From contig JBDRKL010000010.1 in assembly GCA_043814055.1 (NCBI GenBank), positions 64,001 to 128,000 on the forward strand: a stretch of 64,000 nucleotides of DNA. The letters run 5' to 3'. Positions within the stretch are counted from its first letter, which is position 1, and each line of letters opens with the position of its first letter. The position numbers were made by a program, and so were the translations under genes. Below, piece by piece: positions 19,500 to 29,910 of this stretch. The stretch is from an archaeon. GTDB taxonomy: Archaea; Undinarchaeota; Undinarchaeia; Undinarchaeales; JBDRKL01. A model generated the notes under the pieces. That model did no database searches and was not told the DNA's origin. It saw nothing but the letters and a program-made list of their open reading frames with translations.

Positions 19500-19601
19500 T
19501 ATTAAGGGCTTCAGCGCAGCTGAACGCCCTTGCTTTACCTCCTCAAGCAGGCGGAGTGATCAAAATCTCGCTGTCGCTCGTATTTAAAGTTCCCACCACT
19601 T

Positions 19602-20090
19602 TTAATAATCCCCTTCACCAAACCACCTGTAATTATCAAAGAAATACTGCTCATTGCTCGGATGATATCGTTTCGTGTTCACAATCAATTTGTCGTCGTA
19701 ATTATACCCCTCAACCCAGGTCGCTTTCACTTCAGGGAAGACCTTGTAAACCACGCCGACCCAGTAGAAGCTCTCCACGCTCGGGTCTGCCGCGCTGTAA
19801 GTGTAATTCAAATGCCCAATACCTTTCTCGTCAATTGTGAAAGAGCGCACGCGGCTCGTGACATTCGCAAAGTCCTCAACCGGATGCGCTGCAAGGTATT
19901 CAACAATCAAGTCCTCATTGGTTTGGGGTCTCTCGACAACTTCAAGAATAACATTGGCTTTTTGCTCGGGTTGAATTTCAATAATCGGGATTATCTCACC
20001 AACAATCGGGGTCTGTGCAACCTGCAGAAGCGAGAACAATAACAGAGCTGTTACAGTCCACATTAAAACATTGATGCCACCTTTTTCCAT
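19602..20090 (-). CDS. Hypothetical secreted/membrane-anchored protein
   Basis: N-terminal hydrophobic segment; 162 aa. Confidence 0.55.
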   Translation of the reverse strand: MEKGGINVLMWTVTALLLFSLLQVAQTPIVGEIIPIIEIQPEQKANVILEVVERPQTNEDLIVEYLAAHPVEDFANVTSRVRSFTIDEKGIGHLNYTYSAADPSVESFYWVGVVYKVFPEVKATWVEGYNYDDKLIVNTKRYHPSNEQYFFDNYRWFGEGDY

Positions 20091-20141
20091 AGTGCAAAAA
20101 TGTCATCAAAATTATATATACTTAACCCCTAATGCTTAATT

Positions 20142-20906
20142 ATGGGTCAAGATAAAAGCAGTGAATACGTGCCGCGCGACCGAAAAGTGGTGAAATCGTG
20201 GTCAACTTTTCTTAATGCATTAAAAGGGAAAATCACAAGGGATCGAGCCAATGAAATACTTAAAAACTTAGACTTGGAGACGCTCATAAACGCTTTTGAA
20301 GGGCATTTTGGGGATACGCCAAATTTGATAAGATTTTATTTTTTTAAGGTCCATTCCGAAGATGTTCTATGGGCAGTTAAGCCAAATGAATTTCTTAAAC
20401 ATTTCAATGCCAATGATACAATAAAAGAGCATGGTTTAAAGCTAGACAGTACTGTGCCTATGCATAATGCCTTAGCTAACAGGTCTTTCAAGTCAATGCA
20501 GCACGTTAGCTGGTCAAATATCATAGAAGAGGTGATTGGTACGAATTATACAATAGGTAGTTCTGGAGGTAAGGGAAACAGACCTATATTCTATGATACA
20601 AACGAAATATACTTGCGGGTTTTAAAGGAGGGCGAATGTTTTGACTCGCCTAGGGTAAAATATTATAGAAGATCTCATGATATTAACAGGAAAGTAACTG
20701 TGGATGGGGGGAACAGGTACTATAAAACCCATATTGCAGACCAGATTGGGAACGACTATATCGAGCTAACCAAATTTGGCCGCGAATTAATGGATACTCT
20801 TGTTTCAGAGGAATTCACAGAAAAGTGGGATGCCTGGCAAAAATACAGGATTCCTTTCAAAGCTCGCATAACAAGCCCTAAGAAGAAGCGGCCCTGGGAT
20901 ACATAA
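20142..20906 (+). CDS. Hypothetical protein (AT-rich gene)
   Basis: 254-aa ORF with upstream TATA; no recognised motif. Confidence 0.6.
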   Translation: MGQDKSSEYVPRDRKVVKSWSTFLNALKGKITRDRANEILKNLDLETLINAFEGHFGDTPNLIRFYFFKVHSEDVLWAVKPNEFLKHFNANDTIKEHGLKLDSTVPMHNALANRSFKSMQHVSWSNIIEEVIGTNYTIGSSGGKGNRPIFYDTNEIYLRVLKEGECFDSPRVKYYRRSHDINRKVTVDGGNRYYKTHIADQIGNDYIELTKFGRELMDTLVSEEFTEKWDAWQKYRIPFKARITSPKKKRPWDT

Positions 20907-20935
20907 AGCATTTAAATTCCAATCCTGAACTACAA

Positions 20936-21769
20936 TTGATGTCAAAAAAAGTTATCAAAAGCGTCGGGATTGTGGCGCGCACTGTGCGGCCAGATATTGT
21001 AAAAAAGGCGCGTGAAGTCCTAAGATTTTTAGAAGGCAAGGTGGATATTTACATTGATGAATCGCTCGCTGAAGCCCTGCGCTACAGCAAGAGGATTGAC
21101 TGGAACCATCCAAAAATGGAGGTCCTCATAACAATAGGCGGAGACGGCACAATGCTATACGGGGAAAGTCTTGTCTCTGGCAAGAAAATCCCGCTGCTCG
21201 GCGTAAAGTGCGGTCGCGTTGGCTTTCTGACTGAAATTGACAAGAATATGGAAGAGCGCTTTGAGAAGCTTTTGAAAGGCGAGTTCTTCATTGAGGAGCA
21301 TATCAAACTGGACATCAGGATAAATGGCGAAGACGTTGGCGACGCGCTGAACGATGTGGTCATACTAACTGCAACGCCCGGCAAGGTGCAGAAGTTCAGC
21401 ATAGACATTCACGGCGACAAGATTGATGAGATTGTAGCTGACGGCGTGATATTTTCAACCGCAACCGGCTCAACCGCGTACGGGATGAGCGCGGGCGGAC
21501 CTCTAATTGACCCAATACTTGACGCCTATGAGATAGTTCCTATTTCGCCGTACAAACTGAGCTCGCGGCCGCTCGTGGTTCCTGCGGACACTCTGTGCAG
21601 GGTCAAAATCCTCAGGGAAAAAGACGCAGTTCTGGTCATAGATGGCGCTACTCAGCACAGGGTTACGCGGAAGGATAAAATAGAAATCACCAAGTCCTAC
21701 AACAAGGCATACTTCATCAAGTTTGAGAAAGACTTTTTTAACAAGATGAAGAAAAAGTTGATTAAGTAA
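20936..21769 (+). CDS. nadK: NAD kinase
   Basis: GGDGT, 'ADGVIFSTATGSTAYGMSAGGP'. Confidence 0.95.
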   Translation: MMSKKVIKSVGIVARTVRPDIVKKAREVLRFLEGKVDIYIDESLAEALRYSKRIDWNHPKMEVLITIGGDGTMLYGESLVSGKKIPLLGVKCGRVGFLTEIDKNMEERFEKLLKGEFFIEEHIKLDIRINGEDVGDALNDVVILTATPGKVQKFSIDIHGDKIDEIVADGVIFSTATGSTAYGMSAGGPLIDPILDAYEIVPISPYKLSSRPLVVPADTLCRVKILREKDAVLVIDGATQHRVTRKDKIEITKSYNKAYFIKFEKDFFNKMKKKLIK

Positions 21770-21770
21770 G

Positions 21771-22568
21771 ATGCAAATCAAACGCGAAAAGAATTCTCAC
21801 AAGGGCTCAAACGGAGTAGTTCTGGTCATCGGCGGTTCTGAGCTTTATACAGGCGCGCCAGCGCTGAGCGCGCTTGCCGCGCTCAACGTGGGATGCGACC
21901 TTGCGTATATCGCAGCTCCAAGAAGAGCTGCGGATATCTGCGCAAAGTTCTCCCCTGACTTGATTACAATCCCACTCACAGGAACTTACTTCAAAAAGGA
22001 GCACCTTGCAAAACTCGCGCAGTGGGTGAAAAAGGCAGACGCGCTTGTGATTGGTCCAGGGCTTGGCAGGGAATCTGAAACAATCCTCGCTGTGCTGGAC
22101 TTTGTAAAAACCTGCAAAAAGCCGATTGTGATTGACGCTGACGCGCTCAAGGCAGTTGCAGGGCATTTGGAAGTTCTCAAGACCTGCAAAGCGGTTCTAA
22201 CCCCGCATGACAGGGAGTTTGAGATTCTTTCAGGAACAAAGCCGAGCGAGGCGAATGTTAAAAGTTTTGCAAAGAAGCACAGGGTAATCGTGGTAAAGAA
22301 AGGCGCAGTGGATATTATCACAAACGGCAGCTCAGTTAAGTTAAACTCAACCGGGAATGAGGGCATGACTGTAGGAGGCACAGGGGACGTGCTCACAGGG
22401 GTTATCGCAGGATTAATTGCGCAGAAAATGGTTCTTTATGAAGCTGCAGAGCTTGGAGCAAAGGTGAACGGCACTGCTGGGGACTTGTGCGAGGCAGAGA
22501 AAGGGTATGACTACACAGCCACGGATGTGATTGAGAAATTGGCTGTAGCGATGAAGGGGGCGAAGTGA
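21771..22568 (+). CDS. nnrD: ADP-dependent NAD(P)H-hydrate dehydratase
   Basis: 'SHKG', 'IGPGLG', 'VIDADAL', 'TPHDREF', 'GGTGDVLTG'. Confidence 0.93.
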   Translation: MQIKREKNSHKGSNGVVLVIGGSELYTGAPALSALAALNVGCDLAYIAAPRRAADICAKFSPDLITIPLTGTYFKKEHLAKLAQWVKKADALVIGPGLGRESETILAVLDFVKTCKKPIVIDADALKAVAGHLEVLKTCKAVLTPHDREFEILSGTKPSEANVKSFAKKHRVIVVKKGAVDIITNGSSVKLNSTGNEGMTVGGTGDVLTGVIAGLIAQKMVLYEAAELGAKVNGTAGDLCEAEKGYDYTATDVIEKLAVAMKGAK

Positions 22569-22807
22569 ATAGAAAAGAAGCTGAAAAATTATACAGTAAA
22601 TTGCACAATATTTTTTACAAATCTAAAATATCCCGTGATTATGCAACTGCAGCAAAAGCACTGGTTGAGATGCTAAATATTGCAAAAATTCTGAAGGACA
22701 AAGGCAAAAAAGAGGAAGTTTTAAAGCACTGGACACACCTTCAGATGGAAATGTCCCCGGGGAATGTTGAGCCATTTCAGGAACAAATTGACAAAATACT
22801 TAATTAG
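22565..22807 (+). CDS. Small hypothetical protein
   Basis: 80-aa ORF coupled by GTGA overlap to nnrD. Confidence 0.5.
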   Translation: MNRKEAEKLYSKLHNIFYKSKISRDYATAAKALVEMLNIAKILKDKGKKEEVLKHWTHLQMEMSPGNVEPFQEQIDKILN

Positions 22808-24987
22808 GGCAGTAAAATCTTATACTTCCCGCCGCAGTGCGCGGTGATTAACTCACAAATCTCGGTTATCGCGTCGTTCACTTCTTTTTGCGGGATATTC
22901 TTGCTACCCTGCACGCACACTATGCAGCTTGTTGCGCCTTTCTCAATCTTCACGTTATCGTGCTCCTTGGTCAGCCAGCGCGTTAAAACTTTGTTCGCGT
23001 CGTCAGCGAGCACCCACTCTGTTGGCTCAATCTTCACAGCTTCCTTTGTCCCTATTGGCACGAAGTTCTCGTCGCCCTTTGCAACCCGCAGGTTCACGTT
23101 GCCCTTAATCTTCGCCAGGTCATACGCTCCCATAATGAGCCCGGTCTTGAAAGAAACCAAGTTGTAAATGTCCGTAACCGTGTTTATGTTTGGCACCTGC
23201 CCGGTGTTCCGCGTAAACTCAACTATGTTCTCTGATGAAAGCCCTTCTGTGCCGCAGTCCCGCTTCTCGTCAAGCAAATAACTGTATGCGCTAATGGTCT
23301 TCAGGACTTTCTGCTCGTCAAACTCGCTGATTATTTTCTTCTTGAGCCGCTCAACAGGGCCGCTCCTTCTTTGAACTTTAAATCCAATCACCTCTGCAAT
23401 TGAGCAGGTTACATCGCCTTTTTCAAAGAGCTTCTGAATTTCTTTATCAAGCACGATCTTCTTGCCGGAGAATTTGAGCTCAGGCTCTTTGTATTCAATC
23501 TTCTCAATCAGCGGGCTCGGAGTCCCAATCGCTTGGTCTGGGGCAACTTCCTCAAGCGCGGCTTTCCAGCCCTTTTTGTCAATTTTATCTTTCTCTCCGA
23601 GCTGCTCCCATATTTTCTCAGAAGTTTCAGGTATGAAAGGCCAGAACAGGACTGCCAGCGAGCGGATTAGGGTTGCGCAAACGCGGATTGACCCCAGGTC
23701 CTTGCTCTTCCACGGCTCTTTCTCGTTCAAGTATTGGTTCCCCAGGCGAGCCAGGTTAAGAGTTTCCTGCAGGGCCTCGTAGAACTTGAGCTGTTCAATC
23801 TTCTTGTCAACAGATTCTGAAACTTTTCGGATTTCTGAGAGGACTTTCTTTCCTGCAGGGTCTATTTCAGCCCCAGGAACTTTTCCATCAGAGAGCTTGT
23901 TGATTAAAATCAGCACGCGGTGCACGAAGTTTCCAACATTATCTGCGAGCTCTGAATTGATTAGCTGCGCCACATCTTTCCGCGAGAAATCCCCGTCTGC
24001 GCCAAAGGGCATTGCCTTGAGCAGGGCGAACCGCGTGCGGTCTGCTCCGTAGCTCGTGTACAGTTCTTCTACTGTGATTGCGTTTCCTTTTGATTTTGAA
24101 ATCTTGTCGCCTTCAACTGTCCACCAGCCGTGGCCGAACACTTTCTTTGGCAGGTCTTTCACCCCAGCGGAGAGCAGCATTGCAGGCCAGATTACTGTGT
24201 GAAACCAGAGGATGTCCTTGCCAACTAGGTGCACATCTGGCGGCCAGAGCTCAGCATATTTCCGCCCTTTCTTCAGCCCTGAAATATAGTTCACGAGCGC
24301 GTCAAACCAAACATAAGTTACGTGCTTGTTGTCCAGAGGGAATGGAATGCCCCACTTGAGCTTTGTGCGCGTTATGCTGAGATCGTTCAAGCCGTCCTTG
24401 ACGCGGTTTATGATTTCCTGGCGCTTGCCCTCTGGCGAGATGAACTCCGGGTTTTTTTCATAGAAGTCTAGCAGAGGTTTCTGATATTTTGAAAGCTTGA
24501 AGAAGTAGGTCTCTTCCTTGAGTTTTTTTACCTCGCGGTTGCAGTCCGGACACTTGCCGTGGCTCAGCTGTGTTTCAGTCCAGAAAGTTTCGCACGGTAC
24601 ACAGTACCAATCCTCGTACTCGCCAAGGTAGATGTCCTTGTTCTTGAAGCACTTACGGATTATCTCGTTCACGATTTTCTCGTGGTCCGGGTCTGTTGTT
24701 CTTATGAACTGGTCGTAGGAAATGTTCAGCTTGCTCCACGCGTCCTTGAAATGCTCAACGAGCTCGTCGCAGAACTCCTTGGGCTCCTGCTCGCGTGCGT
24801 TTGCTGCCTCCTGAATCTTCTCTCCGTGTTCGTCAGTCCCAGTTAGGAAAAAAGTGTCCGCGCCCTTCAGGCGGGCCCAGCGGGCGAGCACATCCGCGGC
24901 TATGGTAGTGTAAGCGTGGCCTATGTGCGGCACGTCATTCGGATAGTAGATAGGGGTCGTGACATAATATTTTTTGAACGGAATCAC
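22804..24987 (-). CDS. metG: Methionine--tRNA ligase with C-terminal B3/B4-like domain
   Basis: 'TTPIYYPND.PHIGH', single Zn knuckle, 'YVWFDAL', KISKS; C-terminal 'PNINTVTDIYNLVS...GAYDLAKIKG'. Confidence 0.93.
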   Translation of the reverse strand: MIPFKKYYVTTPIYYPNDVPHIGHAYTTIAADVLARWARLKGADTFFLTGTDEHGEKIQEAANAREQEPKEFCDELVEHFKDAWSKLNISYDQFIRTTDPDHEKIVNEIIRKCFKNKDIYLGEYEDWYCVPCETFWTETQLSHGKCPDCNREVKKLKEETYFFKLSKYQKPLLDFYEKNPEFISPEGKRQEIINRVKDGLNDLSITRTKLKWGIPFPLDNKHVTYVWFDALVNYISGLKKGRKYAELWPPDVHLVGKDILWFHTVIWPAMLLSAGVKDLPKKVFGHGWWTVEGDKISKSKGNAITVEELYTSYGADRTRFALLKAMPFGADGDFSRKDVAQLINSELADNVGNFVHRVLILINKLSDGKVPGAEIDPAGKKVLSEIRKVSESVDKKIEQLKFYEALQETLNLARLGNQYLNEKEPWKSKDLGSIRVCATLIRSLAVLFWPFIPETSEKIWEQLGEKDKIDKKGWKAALEEVAPDQAIGTPSPLIEKIEYKEPELKFSGKKIVLDKEIQKLFEKGDVTCSIAEVIGFKVQRRSGPVERLKKKIISEFDEQKVLKTISAYSYLLDEKRDCGTEGLSSENIVEFTRNTGQVPNINTVTDIYNLVSFKTGLIMGAYDLAKIKGNVNLRVAKGDENFVPIGTKEAVKIEPTEWVLADDANKVLTRWLTKEHDNVKIEKGATSCIVCVQGSKNIPQKEVNDAITEICELITAHCGGKYKILLP

Positions 24988-25091
24988 CTTGCGTATTCTA
25001 TGTTTAACCAGGTATAAATATTGTTTTGCCAGTTTTATTCAGTTCTGATTAATAATGTTTAAATAAGCGGCTAGCCACTATATTCCATACA

Positions 25092-27251
25092 ATGAGTGTG
25101 GATTTTAAAATCTGGGTAATTATCGGAGTGGTCGCAATTATGGGAATCGCTGCTCTTGTTTTTCTTGACGAGCCATTGCTCGGCGGCTCATTGCACGACG
25201 CGTTCTCAGGCGCGGGCGGCGGAGGTGGCAGCAGTAGTGCATCCTCAGGCAGGGGCTCTCAAGTTCAGGGCATAGATGGCAAAAGTTATACAGTTACAGG
25301 CGACTGGTTTGGGCTGATACTCTTAGTTGTAATTCTGTTCGGGGGCGCGTGGAAAGGCATTAATTTGTTGAAGAAGCGGAAAGCTGAAAACGCTTCAGAT
25401 TCGCAAGCAGTGGACGAAGGCGCTAAAGGCAAACGTCCTCGCCATCGAAATGACATTGAAGTAAAAGTTCTTCTCGGCAAGAAGCCATTTTCCGGAGTGA
25501 CCGTGACTGCAGTTGGGCTTGATGGAACTACCACAATTGGCGAGGCTACTACAAACAAGGAAGGCATTGCTAAAGTGCGTAACAAGGACAAAAAGCTAAT
25601 TTCCCGCATAACTGCAGAAACTCCTGAAACAGAAGTGCGGACAAAAAATGTGGTTAATCCTACGGGTAAAGTAACCCTGATTTTCAAAGCAGAGCGCGCA
25701 AAAAAAACAGGCGAGTTCCAGGCAATTAACCTAAAGCTTATAACTCCTACAATGGAACCTGTCAAGTTTGACAAAGGTCAGCCTGATGTGTCTTATGCAA
25801 CTCTCACTATTGAGGTTATTAACAAATGGAAGGGTGACCTGGATACTGTTGTTGCTGAAATAGTGGAAGGTCCAAATTGGCTTTCTTTTAACAATAAGTC
25901 AACAAAAGCAAAGATAACTCTTAAAGACTCTAATAAAATACACCTCACAGAGGAAGAGGGCGACACGGATTTCGTTCCATTGCCTGTCCAGATAAATCCC
26001 GTGGCTAAGCCAGACAGCAATAAGCACATAAAAATCAATTTCAGGATTCCAGGTCGCAAAGATATTTTTTCAATAAGAACTGCAAACCCTGTTCAGATTG
26101 ATTTAGATGAGGATAATAATGTAAGTGCAAGCAGCCCAACTTCTACCACTATAGGGGGTTCTGGCAGTGCTGGATTAGCCAATCTTGACGATGTTTATAG
26201 AATAAAGGATGAGAAATTCTATGAGGATGTTGTTAAGGCAATTTCAGAAATATTTAAAAAAAGGTCGGACGGATATGAACCATTATTTGATTTGTTTGAG
26301 GGGGATGACAAGTGGCTTCGGGATGAAATTCACAAGGATTTTGAGGATATTCGTTTCAAGTTCAAGTATCCTAAGTACAACGACCGGCAAACTATTTATG
26401 AGAACATTCTTCATTTTGATACCACTAACCCAGAAAAAACAATTGATAAATGGCAATTAGGTGAATCTCGGATGAACACGTCAATTAATCCAGACTTTTA
26501 TGTTACTGCCGGCGCTCTTGAATATTTGTTTGAGACCTTTAGCGCTCCTAAATTGAAGGGCGAGGTTGAGTTGTTTCTTAGGTTCTTTTCACCTAATATT
26601 AATATGGGTGTGAAAGAACAGCACTTCCAGGCAAAACTCCAGGAAATCTATAAAGATGCAAACAATAAGGATTTTGTAGAAATTAAGGGTGAAATTTTTG
26701 AGCGCCTGTTAGATGACTTTGAGTCTTGGGATGCTGATATAGAAAAACTAAAAGAGGAGGTTCTGTGGCTCCCAAAAATCATAAACAGAATAGCCAGAGA
26801 GCGCTCAATGCTGTCGCTGGGCAATGGGATTCGCGGAGATGACAAGGCACAAGAACGACTGAGGGAGTACGCTTCAAGTTTAAAGGGTATTCTGGACGGG
26901 AATTCCAGCCAGTCGGGTCTTAGAGACCTTGTGAATGAGGCATATTACCGTTTTTGTTCCGCAATACTTGAACAGTACACTGATGAAACTGTAGTAGAGA
27001 AGTTTGTGGAATCTTGGGTGGATGAGAATATAATTGAAGACACAAACCCGACAAAAGAGAGAATCCAAAATGGCGCGGAGCAGCTTCTTTATGGCACATT
27101 TGAGCCCTTGGCAAATTTCCTTGCAGTAATGAAGCTCTACGTGTTTTTAATGGACAAGCTTGTCTACTATTTGCTGGATGATTGGGAAGCTGGAGAAGCT
27201 GAAGATTCCAATGATTTTACCGACGGCATAGATAACAGTATTTTTAAGTAA
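25092..27251 (+). CDS. Membrane-anchored large hypothetical protein
   Basis: Two N-terminal TM helices with a Gly/Ser linker, followed by KKRK, beta-rich and acidic helical regions. Confidence 0.7.
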   Translation: MSVDFKIWVIIGVVAIMGIAALVFLDEPLLGGSLHDAFSGAGGGGGSSSASSGRGSQVQGIDGKSYTVTGDWFGLILLVVILFGGAWKGINLLKKRKAENASDSQAVDEGAKGKRPRHRNDIEVKVLLGKKPFSGVTVTAVGLDGTTTIGEATTNKEGIAKVRNKDKKLISRITAETPETEVRTKNVVNPTGKVTLIFKAERAKKTGEFQAINLKLITPTMEPVKFDKGQPDVSYATLTIEVINKWKGDLDTVVAEIVEGPNWLSFNNKSTKAKITLKDSNKIHLTEEEGDTDFVPLPVQINPVAKPDSNKHIKINFRIPGRKDIFSIRTANPVQIDLDEDNNVSASSPTSTTIGGSGSAGLANLDDVYRIKDEKFYEDVVKAISEIFKKRSDGYEPLFDLFEGDDKWLRDEIHKDFEDIRFKFKYPKYNDRQTIYENILHFDTTNPEKTIDKWQLGESRMNTSINPDFYVTAGALEYLFETFSAPKLKGEVELFLRFFSPNINMGVKEQHFQAKLQEIYKDANNKDFVEIKGEIFERLLDDFESWDADIEKLKEEVLWLPKIINRIARERSMLSLGNGIRGDDKAQERLREYASSLKGILDGNSSQSGLRDLVNEAYYRFCSAILEQYTDETVVEKFVESWVDENIIEDTNPTKERIQNGAEQLLYGTFEPLANFLAVMKLYVFLMDKLVYYLLDDWEAGEAEDSNDFTDGIDNSIFK

Positions 27252-27296
27252 AGTATTATCGCAACCTAATTAAAGCACTTAAATCATAAATTAATT

Positions 27297-27962
27297 ATGG
27301 CAAAAAACGTTATGGAGCTGTATAGCAGGGCAGAGCTGTTGTTTACTAAAGTTCAGGAATCGTCAAAGGTTGAGCAAGATGACCTGGAGGATGCGTTTTC
27401 TACAATATCCCAGGCACTTGAGCTTGCACCAAACAACAAGAAGGTTCAAGTACTTCACCGCAGAATTTTGAATAACTTGGTTGAATTTTTATACACACAA
27501 GCCGAGGGTTTAGTAACCCGCGGCGATATGGAAACGGCAGACCAGATTGTAACCCGCGGCTTGATCCTAAACAGCAGACATGCTGGCTTGAAAGGGCTTC
27601 ATACAAAAATACTCGCAGCAAAGTCTAGGCGCGAGGGCAAGAGCGGTGTTGAAAATGCAAGACGCGCTGTGCTTTCTGACCCAAAGAACCTGGTTTTGTA
27701 CGAGCGCCTGATAATGGCTCTTATGCATCGCGGCAAAAAAGGAGATTTCAAGGCGGCTGATGAATGGCTTGACAAGCAAAAAGCAAAAGCCAGGGATTTT
27801 ATCAAATCGGGCAAAACAGACAAAGTTCCTGCTGATATTCTCAAAGACCCTGCTGGTTATTTCAAGGCAAAAAGAAAGGCAATTAATGATGTGCGGCAAA
27901 AGCGAATAACCGAAGCGGTTGCCGAACAAAAGAAGCGAAAAGCAGCAAAAACTAAGAAATGA
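27297..27962 (+). CDS. TPR-like basic protein
   Basis: 'QALELAPNN', 'AVLSDPKN' TPR-like turns. Confidence 0.6.
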   Translation: MAKNVMELYSRAELLFTKVQESSKVEQDDLEDAFSTISQALELAPNNKKVQVLHRRILNNLVEFLYTQAEGLVTRGDMETADQIVTRGLILNSRHAGLKGLHTKILAAKSRREGKSGVENARRAVLSDPKNLVLYERLIMALMHRGKKGDFKAADEWLDKQKAKARDFIKSGKTDKVPADILKDPAGYFKAKRKAINDVRQKRITEAVAEQKKRKAAKTKK

Positions 27963-28975
27963 AAGAGCGCATTAGCACACTAATCAAAACTCTTGAGTCA
28001 AAATACTCAACCTCAGGGGACTCCAGCTTCATGCTCTCAAGCTCTGGGTTGAAGCGCTACGAACTACATCCAATTGAAAAAACCAATTTTAACACTTTCT
28101 CACCTTATGACGCGGAGAAAAAGTTTAACACCGCAGCTGCGGACTCCGGTTCGCTCCTGATTTATGAAACTCCAGGCTGGAGCATTGGCTACTACAAAAT
28201 GTCATTTCGCCTGTTTGAAATCTGCCTCAAAGGCAAAACGTGCAATACGATTCAGACGCGCAAGGCGTTCAAGGAGGACTTCGTGCTCATAGTGAATGGG
28301 GAAGGGACAAATAAAGACAATGTGATGTACAAAAAGCCCGGCAAAGACGCTGAGACTGCGCTGAACGAGTTCAGGTCACAGCGCGAGGTTGAATTCGTGC
28401 TTGAGCACTGCAAAACATTGAACAAAGAGGATTTGCTCCTCCTGGACGGCTCGCTTGACCACGAGAACTCCAAAATAATTGAAAAACATCCTAATGTTCT
28501 AGGACTTTCAAAGAAAACCGGGCTTTCAATCGCAGGCCATTCTGCACCATCATTTTTCGCACTCAAGGCAACAGAGCACAATGTGCCTGAAAAACCCTGG
28601 TTTTACCACCCGCTTGTAAAGCGCTCACAGGCAGACTCTACAACAAATCCGGAAATCATATTTGGAACCTTAAAACCAAACTCTGTTGTTTTCAGAATCG
28701 ACTTCCCTAACTCGGCAAAGAAGGACTCAATCGCGCAGAAGATGAAACAGCTCGGCGTTTGCTCATTGGACGCGAAATACCGCTCATACCCCTACCCGCT
28801 CGGCGCAGTTCATTCAGACTCAGTGATGCGCAAGAATACTAAAGAGCTCGTGAAGCGCTTCATCAAGCGCGAGTTGAACGAATACAAGGCGGGCAGCGCA
28901 AGGGACGTTTTCGCGCTGATTGAGAAAGACATATTGCATGCGGATTGGTATGATAACTTGAGGAGGTGCAGCTGA
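27959..28975 (+). CDS. nurA: NurA-family nuclease
   Basis: 'AADSGS', 'LLLLDGSL', 'GLSKKT', 'FRIDF', 'YPYPLGAVH' motifs. Confidence 0.8.
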   Translation: MKERISTLIKTLESKYSTSGDSSFMLSSSGLKRYELHPIEKTNFNTFSPYDAEKKFNTAAADSGSLLIYETPGWSIGYYKMSFRLFEICLKGKTCNTIQTRKAFKEDFVLIVNGEGTNKDNVMYKKPGKDAETALNEFRSQREVEFVLEHCKTLNKEDLLLLDGSLDHENSKIIEKHPNVLGLSKKTGLSIAGHSAPSFFALKATEHNVPEKPWFYHPLVKRSQADSTTNPEIIFGTLKPNSVVFRIDFPNSAKKDSIAQKMKQLGVCSLDAKYRSYPYPLGAVHSDSVMRKNTKELVKRFIKRELNEYKAGSARDVFALIEKDILHADWYDNLRRCS

Positions 28976-29910
28976 TGGCAAGCTCAAAAACAGGACTTAC
29001 CCCAGAGGAGCTCAGCGGTTTTCTGCTTGACGGAAACCGGTTAATCGAGCTCAAGCCAGAGCACAGGCTCCTCTTGTGGCACATATTGGCGGCAAAGGAC
29101 AGCAAAAAAAAGTTTAGGGCCAATTGGACTCGGAACTCTGCCAAGATAACAAGCCTTGAAATTGCACGTTCAATCTTAGAATTGAACCAAGAGCTGAAGC
29201 TGAACCTGACACACATTGCATTTGTGACAGACCTCCTGCGCTCAGGCGTTGCAGACGGATACGAAACGCTCACTCTAAGAGTTTCGCCAAGGGCAGTGTA
29301 CTTCTTTGGGAGAGAAGGGTGCAAAAAGCTTGTGCTGAAGAGCAGGCGCATCTGGATAAACAGGCAAAACAAAGCCCAGTGGAGAAAAACAAAAAAATAC
29401 CTAGCCGATATGAGAGAAAAACTGGGAAATGTCATAACCGAGTGCGGCGAGGTCCCAAATGCAGGGGAGATCCGAGACAGGAGGTTCAAGAGAAACCGAG
29501 TGCCAAACAAAATGCTCAACGAACTGAACGCCCTGAAAGACCTGGGAAATATTTACAACAACCTTTACAACGAAGGCACAGGATTCTTATTCACAGAACT
29601 TCATCTCATATCAATGATGTACGAAAAAGAGATTAAAGGAAAAGCCAGCGAGGAGAAACTGAAAAGCGGGCAAGAGAGGGTGGTAATGCTTGTTAATGAG
29701 TATAAAAAACTTACCGGGAGCGTACCGACAATCAGGATGATCCAAAATCCTATTCACCTGCCAAGCATTGCCAGCGACCGGGCAGAGAAGATAAGAATAC
29801 TGAATGCCCTGCAAACGCCAGCCTCAAGGCTCACTGGGAAAAGATTAAGTAGGATAGATGAGATGAAAGACTGGAGGTCGGCTCTCCGGAGGCTCGGACT
29901 AATAGAATGA
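28975..29910 (+). CDS. Basic hypothetical protein between nurA and herA
   Basis: ATG overlaps the nurA TGA and its stop overlaps the herA ATG; Arg/Lys rich. Confidence 0.65.
   Translation: MASSKTGLTPEELSGFLLDGNRLIELKPEHRLLLWHILAAKDSKKKFRANWTRNSAKITSLEIARSILELNQELKLNLTHIAFVTDLLRSGVADGYETLTLRVSPRAVYFFGREGCKKLVLKSRRIWINRQNKAQWRKTKKYLADMREKLGNVITECGEVPNAGEIRDRRFKRNRVPNKMLNELNALKDLGNIYNNLYNEGTGFLFTELHLISMMYEKEIKGKASEEKLKSGQERVVMLVNEYKKLTGSVPTIRMIQNPIHLPSIASDRAEKIRILNALQTPASRLTGKRLSRIDEMKDWRSALRRLGLIE

Noticed and set aside
19200-19600. CRISPR array among the tRNA-flanking repeats (also 53060-53552)
   Set aside because: No regularly spaced identical direct repeats with unique spacers, and no cas genes in the window
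19602-20906. Integrated mobile element downstream of tRNA-Ile
   Set aside because: Two orphan genes, but no integrase and no tRNA 3' duplication found by eye
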